NCBI RefSeq assembly: GCF_006345805.1
Contig: NC_042999.1
Location: forward strand, 95,294,001-95,358,000
DNA length: 64,000 nucleotides
Source of the DNA: Octopus sinensis
Lineage: Eukaryota
Direction of reading: 5' to 3'
In this document: positions 26,354-38,660 of the stretch, piece after piece
Numbering within the stretch: the stretch's first letter is position 1
Layout of the letters: each line of letters opens with the position of its first letter
Notes under the pieces: model-generated
Seen by the model: only the letters and a program-made list of their open reading frames with translations
Databases searched by the model: none
What the model was told of the DNA's origin: nothing
Position numbers and translations under genes: made by a program

Positions 26354-26445
26354 ATGGGAAACAAGTTTTGTGGCCCTCTACTTAAGAAGAACTATAGACA
26401 TGAAAGCTATCCGTGGAATATTAGAAAAGATTCCCATCTTTTAAG
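26354..26445 (+). CDS. sif: First coding exon (partial CDS) of a still life / Tiam1-2-like Rac GEF, SIF type 1-like N-terminus; whole exon 26314-26445
   Basis: Strong acceptor (ttttgtctttatctttcccAG, 26312-13) and donor (AG|GTAAGA, 26446). ATG at 26354 is preceded by an in-frame TGA. Translation MGNKFCGPLLKKNYRHESYPWNIRKDSHLL(R/S) resembles, from memory, the Drosophila SIF1 N-terminus MGNKLSCSCAPLMRKAYRYEDSPWQSSRRRDGHLL..RLWAEVFHV. The exon ends in phase 2. It is too short to appear in the ORF track. Confidence 0.85.
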
Positions 26446-26815
26446 GTAAGATAATATTTTATAACATTATTCTTATTTATTTATTTGTAATACCATACAT
26501 ATATATATTTATGAATGAGATAAATGACAGCTATGTCTTTTGTTGACAAATCAAAATGAAATTTCAGCATATACAGCTGAGTAAAACAAAATTGCTGCAG
26601 AGAACTCAACCAGAACAAACTAATTTATTTATACAGCTGTACAAACATCAAAGTAATAGACAACTCAGTACATGAGTAGAATAGAATATAACATAAATGT
26701 CAACAATGTTTTTAGTTCACATATCAAGATGTTATTTCTGTAGATTATTACAATATCAAACAAAGATTATTATCGAATAAAAGAAACGATCATCATCATC
26801 ATTGTTATTATTATT

Positions 26816-27035
26816 AAAGCAGTGAGCTGGCAGAATCATTACCATGATGGACAAAATGCTTAGTAGCATTTCTTATGGCCTTTACATTCTAAGTTCAAAT
26901 TGCACTGAGGTTGACTTTGCTTCTCATCCTTTCAGGATCAATAAAATAAATACCAGTTGAGCACCGGAGTTGATGTGATCAACTACTTCTCACCTCCAAA
27001 ATTCCAGGCTTTCTGCCTATTGTAGAAAGAATTGT
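26816..27035 (+). mobile_element. tRNA-derived SINE
   Basis: gcagtgagctggcagaatcatt...ctaagttcaaatt...gttgactttgc, after a (CAT/TAT)n run. Confidence 0.8.
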
Positions 27036-27329
27036 CAAGGCACAAGCTCATGTGTTAAAACGAGAAGGAATGAAAACTATTTAATAGGCTTAGGTGGTAA
27101 GATATGTTGCATCAAAGCCACAATTCAGTCTTTGACTGATCAGGAAGGGTGTGTACTGCATAGCTCCAAGCAAATGTGTGTGACCTTCCAGCCTTACTTG
27201 GCCCTATTCTTCAGAGAAAGTGATAGGCCACAGAGAATAATGGACTTCATATATATATAAATAAGTAATTAAGATGTGCAGGTGTCAATTCATTACGGCC
27301 ATTTCAAGTGGCTTCATTTAAATAATTAG

Positions 27330-27724
27330 TGAGAACATTATATCAATTTGAAAGAAACCACCCTCTTCAGATGACCACATGGGCACCAAACATAGAGGAT
27401 AAACTATTTTTATAAAAAAATTTACATCAATAATGTAAACCAAAATATTTATATTGTTTCCTATTGTTATATCTGTAGCAGATATATCCATTGCTCATGG
27501 CTTTGAACCCTGACAATGATCTTAGTTCTCCTTAGAGGATCTTGCTGATATATATATATATATATATGGTAGACTCAGCCACAGATATAACAGGAAATAA
27601 TGTAAATATTTTAGTTTAGATTATTGATGTAAATTTGTTTATAAAATTGGTTTATCCTTTATGTTTGATGCCTATGAAGTCATCAGAAGAGGGTGGTTTC
27701 TTTCAAATTGATATAATGTTCTCA
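27330..27724. mobile_element. Foldback MITE with ~160-bp TIRs
   Basis: tgagaacattatatcaatttgaaagaaaccaccctcttc... at 27330 and its reverse complement ending at 27724. TAG on both flanks. Confidence 0.8.
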
Positions 27725-27859
27725 TAGTGTTGAAAGCTTGTGCTAATTCAAAACAGTTGAAGTGTATAGTACAAATAAATTAATATGATATATTAAATAT
27801 ATTATAATATAGGTGGCCCACAAGCAATTAAAATCTAAAGGCAAATTCATAAAAAGTAT

Positions 27860-28190
27860 CAGCATTGCTAGAAACTTGCACACCACATCTGATGCTTCTT
27901 AGGTCCAACTTTTCTCTCAAGGTACTTACACTCTGTCAAGTATGCACACTGACATTATACATCCATCGGAGCATACTGGCTTCATTCCCTGCGAGCTTAC
28001 ACATATCCTCAGCAGTCACGGCCCATGTTTCACTGCCATGTAGCATGGCTGTTCGTACACATGCATCATACAGTCTACCTTGTATGCTGAGCGAGAGGCC
28101 CTTTGTCACCAGCAGAGGTAAGAGCTCTCTGAACTTAACCCAGGCTATTCTTATTCTAGCAGCTACACTTTCAGCACACAAAAAGGTCAT
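27860..28190 (-). mobile_element. RTE ORF2 C-terminal fragment
   Basis: ESVAARIRIAWVKFRELLPLLVTKGLSLSIQGRLYDACVRTAMLHGSETW. Confidence 0.9.
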
Positions 28191-28289
28191 TGTCATTCAC
28201 CTTCTCGATCGTTACATTCTGCCTTAGATCTCTTTTGAGTCTTACTTGCATTATCCTGGCCTCTTCAAATGCTTTTTACTCCACACCTT

Positions 28290-29200
28290 TCTTCACCATC
28301 CACCTTGATCAGAAGCAAAAGTCACCAGTAGTGTCCCTCAGGGGACTGTCTTGGGCCCTCTTTATAGTCAACATAAACAACCTATCCATTATTATAAAAC
28401 ACTGCAAAGTGAAAATACTTGCTGATGACAATAAACTCTAGCAAATCATCAATGAAGAAGACAGAACTCAACTCCAGTCTGATCTAAATACAGTGAGTCA
28501 ATGGGCAGACAAACATCAACAATAAGGTTGATATAGCTCATAGGATGAGCTCCTAGATCTTAAGAACCTTCCAGTCCAGAGAACATGGTGTCATCATTCC
28601 ACTTTTCTTCTCCTTTGTATGGCCACACCTCAAATACGACTGCCTCCTGTGGTCTCCCCATACAAAACCAAACATTTCGAAAATTGAATCACCTCAGAGG
28701 GCATTCACTAAACGAATGAAGGGCATTACTAGGACCGCTTTAAAGCCTTGAAATTCTACTCTCTCCAGCATCACTGCAAGCACAGTGTGGAGAATATACC
28801 GCCAGCATTGCCCAAACGATCTGAAAATTAGCTTCAAGGTTCATCCAAGACTGGGACCACAGGCTATACGTCCTCTGCCCAATTCTGGATCACAACATAT
28901 AGGCACAATGCGATACCATTTCTTTTCTTCAACAGGCCCTGCTCTGTTTAGCATTGTCCCAAAACTGATCAAAGAGGAAGAGAATTTCATCACCTTTAGA
29001 CGGAGTCTGGACAAATTTCTTCAAAGAATACCAGATAAGCCACCTATACCTGGATACAATTTACTCAACAAGAACTCACTACTTGAATGGACCATGATAC
29101 CACAAAATTTGACTTAAAAAGGATTTAGATAATCATATCAGGTGGTGCTATTAAGTTAGACATGGCCTGGACCAGTCTTTGGTCGAAACATATCTAAGTT
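28290..29200 (+). mobile_element. CR1-group LINE RT and 3' end
   Basis: SSVPQGTVLG, KILADDNKL, QLQSDLNTVSQWAD. C-terminus GPALFSIVPKLIKE..FRRSLDKFLQRIPDKP..NSLLEW, then an AT tail. Confidence 0.9.
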
Positions 29201-30119
29201 TATATATATATATATATATATACATGTGTATATAATATATATATGTGTGTATGTATATACATGTATAAATATAGGTTAGTGGTACAATATTTAGTGGAAG
29301 TAGCAGTCGATAATATAGGACGCTATAGTAAAGCTTCAGTATATATATATATATATATATATATATACTGGCAAAAATGTTTGCGGGCAATGAACATAAA
29401 AAATTTCACCTTACTTGTAAGAAGAACATCAAATAAATGTATAACTCAGATGTGAATAATCTAGGACCTAAGTTTCAAACTTTCCAAATTATGTTTAACA
29501 TAAATTTGATTAGTTCTCTTCAGCTAGATTCACCTAGACATGATAGTATCTATCTATATATCTATCTATGTATCTATCTGTCTATCTGTCTATCTGTCTA
29601 TCTATCTATCCATTTTTGTGTATGTATGTGTGTGCATTGGTATGTATGATATATAAATGTGTGCCTGTGTGTGCACTTGTGCATTGATATGTATGAGTAT
29701 GTGAATGTGTGTGTCTGCGTGTACGTGTGTGTGTGTATGTGTTTGTTTGTACGTGTGTGTGCGTGTGTGTGTACATGAGACTGTATATGACTTTCTCAAT
29801 AGAATATCAGACTGTCAGCTAAAGATCAATGGTTTGGTTAGTATCTTTCCACTCACAGTGTGTTTTGTCATTCCCAAGATTTTGACCTCTCAATTGGCCT
29901 GTTTTATTCTAAAAGTAAATAGGTACCATGGAGTAAGAGCAACTTAAGTTTGTCAGCAGCCGCAGCAGCTTCACTATAAATTTAAACAATGACTCTTTAG
30001 CTTCCAATGTTATGCTCCAGTTAAGTACATTTCTCTACCCCTCTTTCTATATGTATATATATATAACCCATGCTAGCATGGAGAACGGACGTTAAACGAC
30101 GATGATGATATATATATAT

Positions 30120-30300
30120 ATATAAAGGGAAAGTTTACGAAAATAAACAAGATGAAGGCAGGTGGAGTACAAACAAACAAATGTATTAGTATAGTGCTCA
30201 GGAATAGAAATAGTAAAAGTCTTTTACATTTCAAGCCTACGCTCTTTGACAGAAAAAAACAAGGAGAGAAACAAGGAGAGAAAATAAAAAAAAATATATA
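30120..30300 (-). mobile_element. Non-autonomous PLE-like repeat with hammerhead-like motif (copy 1 of 3)
   Basis: Homologous to 44890-45078 and 55680-55880. Confidence 0.6.
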
Positions 30301-32048
30301 TATATATGTATGCATGCATATATGTATGTATGTTTGTGTGTTTATGCGTGTACATAGGTAGGTATGTATGTATGCATGCATGCATGAATGTATGTATGTG
30401 TGTGCATGTATGTACGTGTGTATACACAGATGCATGCACACATACAAATGTGTGTGTGAATTGGCAACATTGCAGTATACCTGGCTTTAATATCACCAGA
30501 GCACCCTATTGTAAACCCACCAAAGAAACCTTCTATGATAAGCTAACTAAACCTACTAGCTGTTAAGCCAAAACATCTGTCTGTCTATAAAGTGATAAGT
30601 TCTATGAAAATAATTGTGGAAAGCTGGATATCTGACTGATATGGCTTTGGTTCATGACATGACAATGAGGTAGTTGAAGTAATAGGAATCCTCTATAATT
30701 GAATAGATTATGGAGCTCACCTGTATGTAATATGCACATGTGCACACACACATATATATGTGCCTGTGTGTGTATGTGTGTGTGTGTGTGTGTGTGTGTA
30801 CATGCACATGCATGTGTGTATGCATGCTTCTCTTTGTGAAACAGAGAAATTGAGACATGAATATATCACCTGTACTCTTTCATGCATTGGATATGAGATA
30901 TATGCAAAGGACAACTTGTGTTATTTATATTCACAACATACTTCCCTCTCTAGGAATTACAAACAAAAATGACCTTGGTTGTTTTCCAACACCTTCATAA
31001 TTGCCCTTCATAAATATATAAACACCATAAAAGTCTACAAAACTTCAACTACAGTTCCTCCACCCATTTCCATCACATCACATACTCTAATGTACTTTAA
31101 TACTTGAATGATTTCTTTCCAAATTTTCCATTTTCATCTTGCATTTCTCCACCTTTCTGTCTTCCTTCTTTTCAATTCTTACATTTATTTCTTCCTTCAA
31201 TTTTTTCTTAATCAATCAATTATATGCATTATTAGATATTTACAGAAGCTTGAATTTTTTCTAGTAATTTATTCAGCCTGCCTCTCCCCTTTTCTTCATC
31301 ATTTCACTTTATCTTTCCTTTATTGCTTCTTTGGTTATTTGTGGTTCTCTTGTTATATATATTCACCATTCTTCATATCTTGCACAGGTTTGCCTTTTAA
31401 AATTCGTTATAAGTTCATTTACATATACATTTTTCTAAACCACAATTTAGCTTATTTTCCTCCTTGTTTAACGAAGGATATACTTATTTTGCAGCTTGTA
31501 CATTTTGCACAAATGGCAAGGCAGTTTATTAAACTCTAATAATTTCTGTAGTAATCTTCTTACCACAGAGAAAAGTGACTCCATTCTTGTACACAAACTG
31601 GTTACTTGCATAAATAAACCGGACTCACATCAAGGCCAAATACATCTGGTTTGAGCAAAAAGAAAATGTGAACCAAACGAAACATGTTAAGTATATTTGT
31701 CACAATTTTATTCACTTCCACGTGAAAATAATCTAATTTCTATTTCTATAGCTACAGAATGACTACATATAACTTCTTATGAAATGAACACTGCCCTCAG
31801 CTTATCTGATCTCCATAACTACACAAATGTAATTAACTTTTAAGTTTAAATTCAAAATTGAACTGACAACTAACAGACTGAAATGTATAAGCAACTGGAA
31901 TATTCATACATTGGATAAATATGATATAAATTAACTATGCCATTATTTGCTTCTCAAATTTATATTTCCAATTTTGAGATGGTTAAAAAAAATTGTTAGG
32001 AAAAATTATCATCATTCTGTAAGAGAAATGAATAATGAACATTGATGC

Positions 32049-32110
<62 letters not shown>

Positions 32111-32434
32111 TTCCCATCCCCTCTCTTCTCTCTTTCCTTCTACCCCCTCTCACACACAAACACTTGCAAACACACACACACATACACATGAATACAATTT
32201 GTTGCTAAATGAACTTGTTTGTACTGCTATTGATAAAACTTTTTTAAACTGGTTTAAAATGTGAACAATAAAGATTGTCAAGGATCCCAGGGAAAATAAT
32301 GACATATATACTCTTCATAGGTAAACATGTGAGGTACGATGGAATACACCTATTGTTAAATGTTCTATTTTCAATTTTCTAAGTGATCCATGATGAAACT
32401 TGGCCCAATATTGTTTAACTTCTTTTCTTTTTTT

Positions 32435-32785
32435 AAATTTGGCACAAGGCCTGAAATTTAGGCGGGGCCAGTCAATTAGATCAACTCCAGTACGCAACTG
32501 GTACTTAATTTATCAACCTGAAAGGATGACTGGCAAAGTCAACCTTGGTGGAATTTGAACTCAGGATGTAAAGACAGACGAAATACTGCTAAGCATTTCA
32601 CGCAGCGGGTTTAGTGGTATTTCGTCTGTCTGTACAGTCTGAGTTCAAATTCCGCCAAGGTCGACTTTGCCATTCATCTTTTTGGGGTCAATAAATTAAG
32701 TACCAGTTGCGTACTAGGGTTGATCTAATCAACTGCCCCCCTCCCCCAAAATTTCGGCCCTTGTGCCTAGAGTAGAAAAGAATAT
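32435..32785. mobile_element. Head-to-head inverted SINE dimer
   Basis: Minus copy 32435-32595 and plus copy 32600-32785 of the same SINE family. Confidence 0.85.
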
Positions 32786-33119
32786 TGTTTTCACTTCAGG
32801 GATTGAAGAAAATCAATGCTTTCAATATGATATTCACATCTGACGCACACACACATGCACATATGCATGCATGCATGCACACATACACACATACATACAC
32901 ACACATACACACATACACAATCATATATAAACTCAAGAAAAAGATGCATGTATATCGAATCATAGTTATTTTTAGCAATGTATTTTTCACCAAAATTCTC
33001 AAAAAATATTCAGAAATCATCAATTATTTGAGACTTTAGCACAAATATATAGAGTATGAAAATAAATGGAAGCAACTGACTTGTGATATGCAGCATAAGC
33101 GAAGTATGCATGATCTTGC

Positions 33120-33450
33120 TTCATCACTAGTCATCCTCTACAGAACATTTGACATAAATGTTGGGCATAAGAGGAATTAGATGCAGTGTGCAAGAGAGGA
33201 GACTGTACTACTTTGGTCGTGTAATGCAGACGGATGAAAGCAGTTGCATAATTGATCGCTTAAAATGGAGGGAAGCTGTGGAAGAGGAGATCCGGGAAGA
33301 CACAGGATGAAGTGTTGAAGGTTGATCTCACAATGCTAGATCTTATGAAGGAGACAACAGAGGACCAAGATATGTTGCACATTGCTGTACTCAAGAAGAC
33401 CCACTCACCACAACAGATTTGAGAACTCTAACATGTGAGTCACTAATGTA
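33120..33450 (+). mobile_element. RTE ORF2 C-terminal remnant
   Basis: LGIRGIRCSVQERRLYYFGRVMQTDE. Confidence 0.75.
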
Positions 33451-34189
33451 AGTTGGAAGGAATGTCTCCTATATGTAATGTGTTCAAGTTGTAACATAAT
33501 GTGTGTAGTTAGAATTTTTTAAAGACAGTTCATAGAAAGAATCCATTTCCTGTGATTTCTTTAAGATACATGAATAAAGAATATTCAGAAGGCAAATTTA
33601 TAAAACAAAAAACTTTGAAATTTATTCAGTAATGTAATGAGTGCTAGCAAGTGGTAACAAAGGTTAATTTTGCATAAGTGTTAATCAAATATATGTGTAT
33701 GCAAGACATGGAAAACTGGATGACTTACTATATACATTGAGGTTTATATGAAGCAAAGTGGAGGCTGATATTAATCAAATGAGTTGTGTGAAGTTAGTGG
33801 TGGACACAGAAAATGCAACTTATTGAAGAACGCGATGTCGTTTCTAAGCCGTTAAATCCACAACTAGTTTGAAACTGCTGCATTGCTGCTATAGTAAGTT
33901 CCTCCAGCTAAGGCAGATCACTGCCATTTTATTCATATGGCTCCAACTCTGATTGGCTGGAATCTTCCACAGCACAACTGAACTATGCCACAGCTACAAA
34001 ATAGATCTTTCCTTTCTTTCTACACTACCCCACTGCAGACTGCAAGTCAATATAAACAAGAAAAAGGTAGGAAAAAAATGCAAAGCAAAAGGAATACAAG
34101 AAAAGCAAAATGTTCAAACACTGGAAAATGAAAAATGAATACATTAAACAAAACAAGCATGCAAATAGAATACAGTTATAGGCGCTTAG

Positions 34190-34870
34190 GGCCAATTCAT
34201 AAAGAAATAGTTTCACAAACTCTCTTGGGCCAATGGACCACTGCAAGTTGTCGTAACGTACTTTGGTAAAGATGAGGGAGATGTTTCTGGAGAAGTGTGT
34301 GCAGAGGGTGTATGTGTGTGTGGAGCAGTGTGTGTGGGGCTGTATGTGGCTCCAGGGTATTAGCATTTGTGTAGACTCTCTTGATTCTATCTATGGAGAC
34401 AGTGTCTGTAGAACCATTAAAGTCTATAGTAAACTGTTTATTGGAGCATGCGATATATGGTGCAGAGTAAGGTGGAGTAAGAGGACTTCTCACTGCATCA
34501 TTTCTGATGTCAACATGGGACCACAAGACAATGACTTTCGGGACCGAAGGTTTAACGGCTTGGTGCTGAGTGTTCATGGGTGGCAGCACTTAAAAGTATG
34601 AATGCAGGTAGTTCACATAGAGTGCAGGATCCTGAGTGGAAAGGTCAACTGAGGCGAGCATCTACCCTGGCAAAGACAATGGAGTACCATACAGCAACTT
34701 GACTGGAAAGTATCTGAGATCCCCCTTGAATGCAATCTGAATGTTGAGGAGTACTATGTGGAGGTACTCGCTCCAGCATTGAATGTCAGAGTAGGCACAA
34801 AACAGGGCTTTCAACTGGCAATGGAAGCACTCCACTATTCCATAAGATCTACTCATAAGATGTCGGTCTA
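34190..34870 (-). mobile_element. Gypsy integrase remnant
   Basis: GIVECFHCQLKALF..WSEYLHIVLLNIQIAFKGDL..KLLYGTPLSLPG and SHVDIRNDAVRSPLTPPYSAPY..NGSTDTVSIDRIK. Confidence 0.9.
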
Positions 34871-35021
34871 CTCATAAGATTTTGGTCTTCTTTGGGCCAT
34901 AGTAGAAGACATTTACCTATGGTGTCACACAGTAGAACCAAACTTGAAACTGTGAGGTTGGGAATTTAACATCTTAACCACACTGACATAGCTATACACA
35001 TATACATACATTTATACATAC

Positions 35022-35330
35022 ACTAGCAGTATTGCCCGGCGTTGCTCGGGTTTGTAAGGGAAATAACTATATAAGCATTTTTAGAGAGTTACTTTCCTTA
35101 TATAACCCAAGCAAAAATCATTAAAAATGCGGAAAAATGATGGTAAATTTTTTTTTAAATCGTAGACTCATTGTAGACGTGCGCTAATACCCAGAAGGGC
35201 TCGACATGAATGACGACTATAAGATACCCACTTTTGGTTAAACTGCACCGCAAAATGTGGGAGTAGTTAGGAATCTAAATCGGAGGAGACAGAGTCTCAC
35301 ACACACAACTTCAATTTTATATATAAAGAT
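35022..35330 (+). mobile_element. Helentron/HINE-like non-autonomous element
   Basis: 5' ACTAGCAGTATTGCCCGGCGTTGCTCGGG with a subterminal hairpin. 3' (CA)n followed by ACAACTTCAATTTTATATATAAAGAT. Confidence 0.6.
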
Positions 35331-35809
35331 ATGTATGTATTACAAAATTTGAGAAAAATGTTTTAAAACAGTCACAATATTTCAATATGTAGCAAATATT
35401 TTTGGAAAATAAGACATAAAAAATATCTTTAAAAAAGCATATTAACACAAACCCGATGCAAGAGAGTTTTTGTGTAAAATTCTATTCCACTAGATCACTG
35501 TTAAACACTGTGTATATGTGTCTGGCTGTCTCTCTGCTTATCTAACTGCAGGTGTGTATTCTCATCGCAGTAAAATGTGCATGTTGATTGTAAACAATGA
35601 TTTTTCATTCATATTAATGGTTTCATTTGTTTGCAGTCCACAACAAAAGCATGTCTGGGCATCTTGACATGTTTTATCATGCATACACTGATTGTAAATA
35701 ATGAGCATCGCCATTTACGCAAATGGAGTCATTTGTTTGCAATCTTCCACAAAAGTATATGCTGGCTGTATGCTTCACAGATGGAAAAATTATTACCTTT
35801 TCATCAAAC

Positions 35810-36035
35810 AAGATGGAGGTTGGCATGAGGAAGGGTATCCAGAATTTTGCCTTAGTGAAGTCTACCTGACCCCTGCAAGCATGGAAAAGTAGAAATGATG
35901 GCAGTGGTGGCGGTTGCAGTGGTGGTGGTTGCAGTGGTGGTGGTTGCATGGTGGTGGTGGTGGTGGTGGTTGCAATGATGGTGATGGTAGTGGCAGTGGT
36001 GGTGGTGGTGACGGCAGTGGTAACAGTGATAATGA
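35810..36035 (+). repeat. RTE-type tail grading into a (GGT/GCA)n microsatellite
   Basis: ...cctgcaagcatggaaaagtagaaatgatggcagtggtggcggtt... Confidence 0.8.
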
Positions 36036-36099
36036 TATACTCTGGATGCAGAGGATTTGCAAAGATTAGAAATGAATGAAGCAAGTGTGACGTTTTTGG

Positions 36100-36440
36100 A
36101 CAAGTGATGTTAGTGTGCATGAATTATGAAGTACAAGTGAATTGAGAAAAAAGCTGGATATTAGAAGAAGCAAATATAATGTGCAAAAGAGAAGATCGTG
36201 CTTATACAGGTATGTAATGCATATGGAAAATGATAATTATATAAAGTGATGTAGTGCACTTACATTGGATGGAATCTGTAGAAATGGAAGACTTAGGAAG
36301 ACATAGGATGAAGTGATGAAAGGTGATACTAAGATATTGAACCCCTTGGAGGAAATGACGAAAGACTGAAATGATAGGTAATACACAGTGCTGAAGAAAA
36401 CCTATTCACCCCTACAAGTATGATAAAAAAAGACATTAAC
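36100..36440 (+). mobile_element. Decayed RTE C-terminus and tail
   Basis: Similar to 33120-33450 and 59860-60100. Confidence 0.6.
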
Positions 36441-37463
36441 ATGGTGGTAATGATAGAAGCTGAGAGGCCTATTATAAATATCTATATTAGAGTCTATTTC
36501 CCATTAGTTCCCTGTTATGTCTACCTCTGCTGTCTTTCTCACCTCTTGATATCCTCACTTCACTATATGATGTTGCTTGTATATCTAAGTATGGCAGGGA
36601 ATCTTTGATTTGCTACACTATGATGCCTTTGCATCTGGGTATGTCAATGGACCTGTCTAAATCACTCATCTCTCTAACATTCACCTTCTCTCAGATTCAC
36701 TGTGCTATGCCACCCATGTAACAAGGGGCAGAACTGAACCTTCATGCATTCTATCTCCCCACTGTTATCAATATCAGTTAACCTTTTTGCTTATCATAAG
36801 AATTATGTTATTTTGAAGCATATCAGCTGTTTAAGGAAGTTTCAAGCACTCGAAATGATTGGAACATGTGAAAGAGAAAAACCTAGGAAGATTTGTTACA
36901 AAGGTTTGAAAACTGGACATCATACAAAGGAGATGACAAAAAGATGTTTTTTGTTGATATGTTGTACAGGTAAAGACCTGACAACTAGTATTAACTAGAT
37001 GAAATATATATGTAAATGTTGGTGAGGATATAATGATGGAGCCTGGGCCACATAGTATGTGTCTATATCTGGAGTTTTGCCCATCTATACCTGCAAAATC
37101 GCCATCTACTATCTATCTTGGCTATTCATCTCTCTATCATCCTTTCTGTTCACTGTATCACACTGCCTGTGAAATGATATAAAACAACAGATTTGTCCAT
37201 ATGAAATCTCTCTCACTCTTACCACAGGTATGTCATGACTCCTTTTTTCTTCCAAAACATGATGCCTTTGTTTCCAATACACCCCTTTCTCTTACCTTGT
37301 TAGTCAACATCCCTGACCTTCTTGTCAATCATTTATCTTTTTCTCTCTTAACATCTAACATTACATTTCTTCATTGTCAGCCTGTACTCCTTCTCCCTTT
37401 GACCACTATTTATTGACATTCATCACACTCTCTTACACCAACCATTTCTATGACTATCAATCA

Positions 37464-37549
<86 letters not shown>

Positions 37550-38534
37550 ACCAATAAACATATAGCTGCCTCAGTGTCTCTCTTCCATCAGCATACCTAG
37601 GTAAGAAAGATTGCATTAGATCTAATGCCTCTGTGTCTCCTTCCAACTACCAAACATGTAGCTATCATTAGTGTCTCTGCTTATGCTGCTGGCTGTTACT
37701 CCTCTTGCCTCATGTTATCACTTTATTGACATCCATCTCTGCTTCTCTCATTAAGCCCTGTAATTACTGTCTTCTTGCCATTAGTGTACCTCTTCATCAT
37801 TCAGAACAGTACTGTTTCACCCATTCTTTTCTCCTTCCACATGTCACTCTGTCTCCTCTTCCATACCCTTTCTTCTTTCTCTCCCACTCTGATTCGTCTT
37901 TTGTAGTTACCACTGTTCTTCCCATTCATTACACCTAATAGAAACACAATTCACTACAATCTGCAAAATAATAGGTGTTTGCAGGAACATTTAACCAGAG
38001 AAACCATACCAAAATAAAATGTCTGAGAGAGAGAAAGAGAGAGAGTCTAGTGATATAGCTAAGGAGGCAGTAACTCCAGATAAGAACTGACTTAGACCAT
38101 TACAACATATCCTGACCATGCTATCTTGGAAAACAAATATAAAATGATGATAATGATGATTTCATACAGGTGTGTGTGTGTGTGTATGCATATGTATTAT
38201 ACACTCAGACAATTGGGTTTTTTTAAAGTATATACATAAAACTGTGTAATATCCAACTTACATTCTGTTAGAAATATATTCTTTAACCTCACTCACAAAT
38301 GTTACAATGCAAAATATATTGTTTCTAAAATTATTAAACAACAGTCATTTGTCTTTTTGTGATGAATACACTGCCAACCCTTCTAATTCTTCATATTTCC
38401 TATCTTTTTTAATTTATCTTTTCACTTTACTTATTTCTTGATTCTTCTTGACTTCTACATATTTTCTTGTTTTTCTTACTCTTTATTTGTTTACTTTGCT
38501 TGTCTTTTATTTCAACTACATCAATTCAGTTCAA

Positions 38535-38607
38535 TTCTTCTTCTTCTTCTTCTTCTTCTTTCTTCTTCTTCTTCTTCTTCTTCTTCTTCTTCTTCTTCTT
38601 CTTCTTC

Positions 38608-38639
<32 letters not shown>

Positions 38640-38660
38640 CTTCTTCTTCTCCTCCTCCTT
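38535..38660. repeat. (TTC)n microsatellite
   Basis: Directly visible. Source of the poly-S, poly-L, poly-F and poly-R ORFs. Confidence 0.97.

Noticed and set aside
37592-37600. 9-nt phase-compatible microexon candidate (cag|CATACCTAG|gtaaga) in the sif intron
   Set aside because: It lies in what appears to be a decayed antisense LINE remnant, and the peptide (SIPR) matches nothing I recall in sif orthologues.
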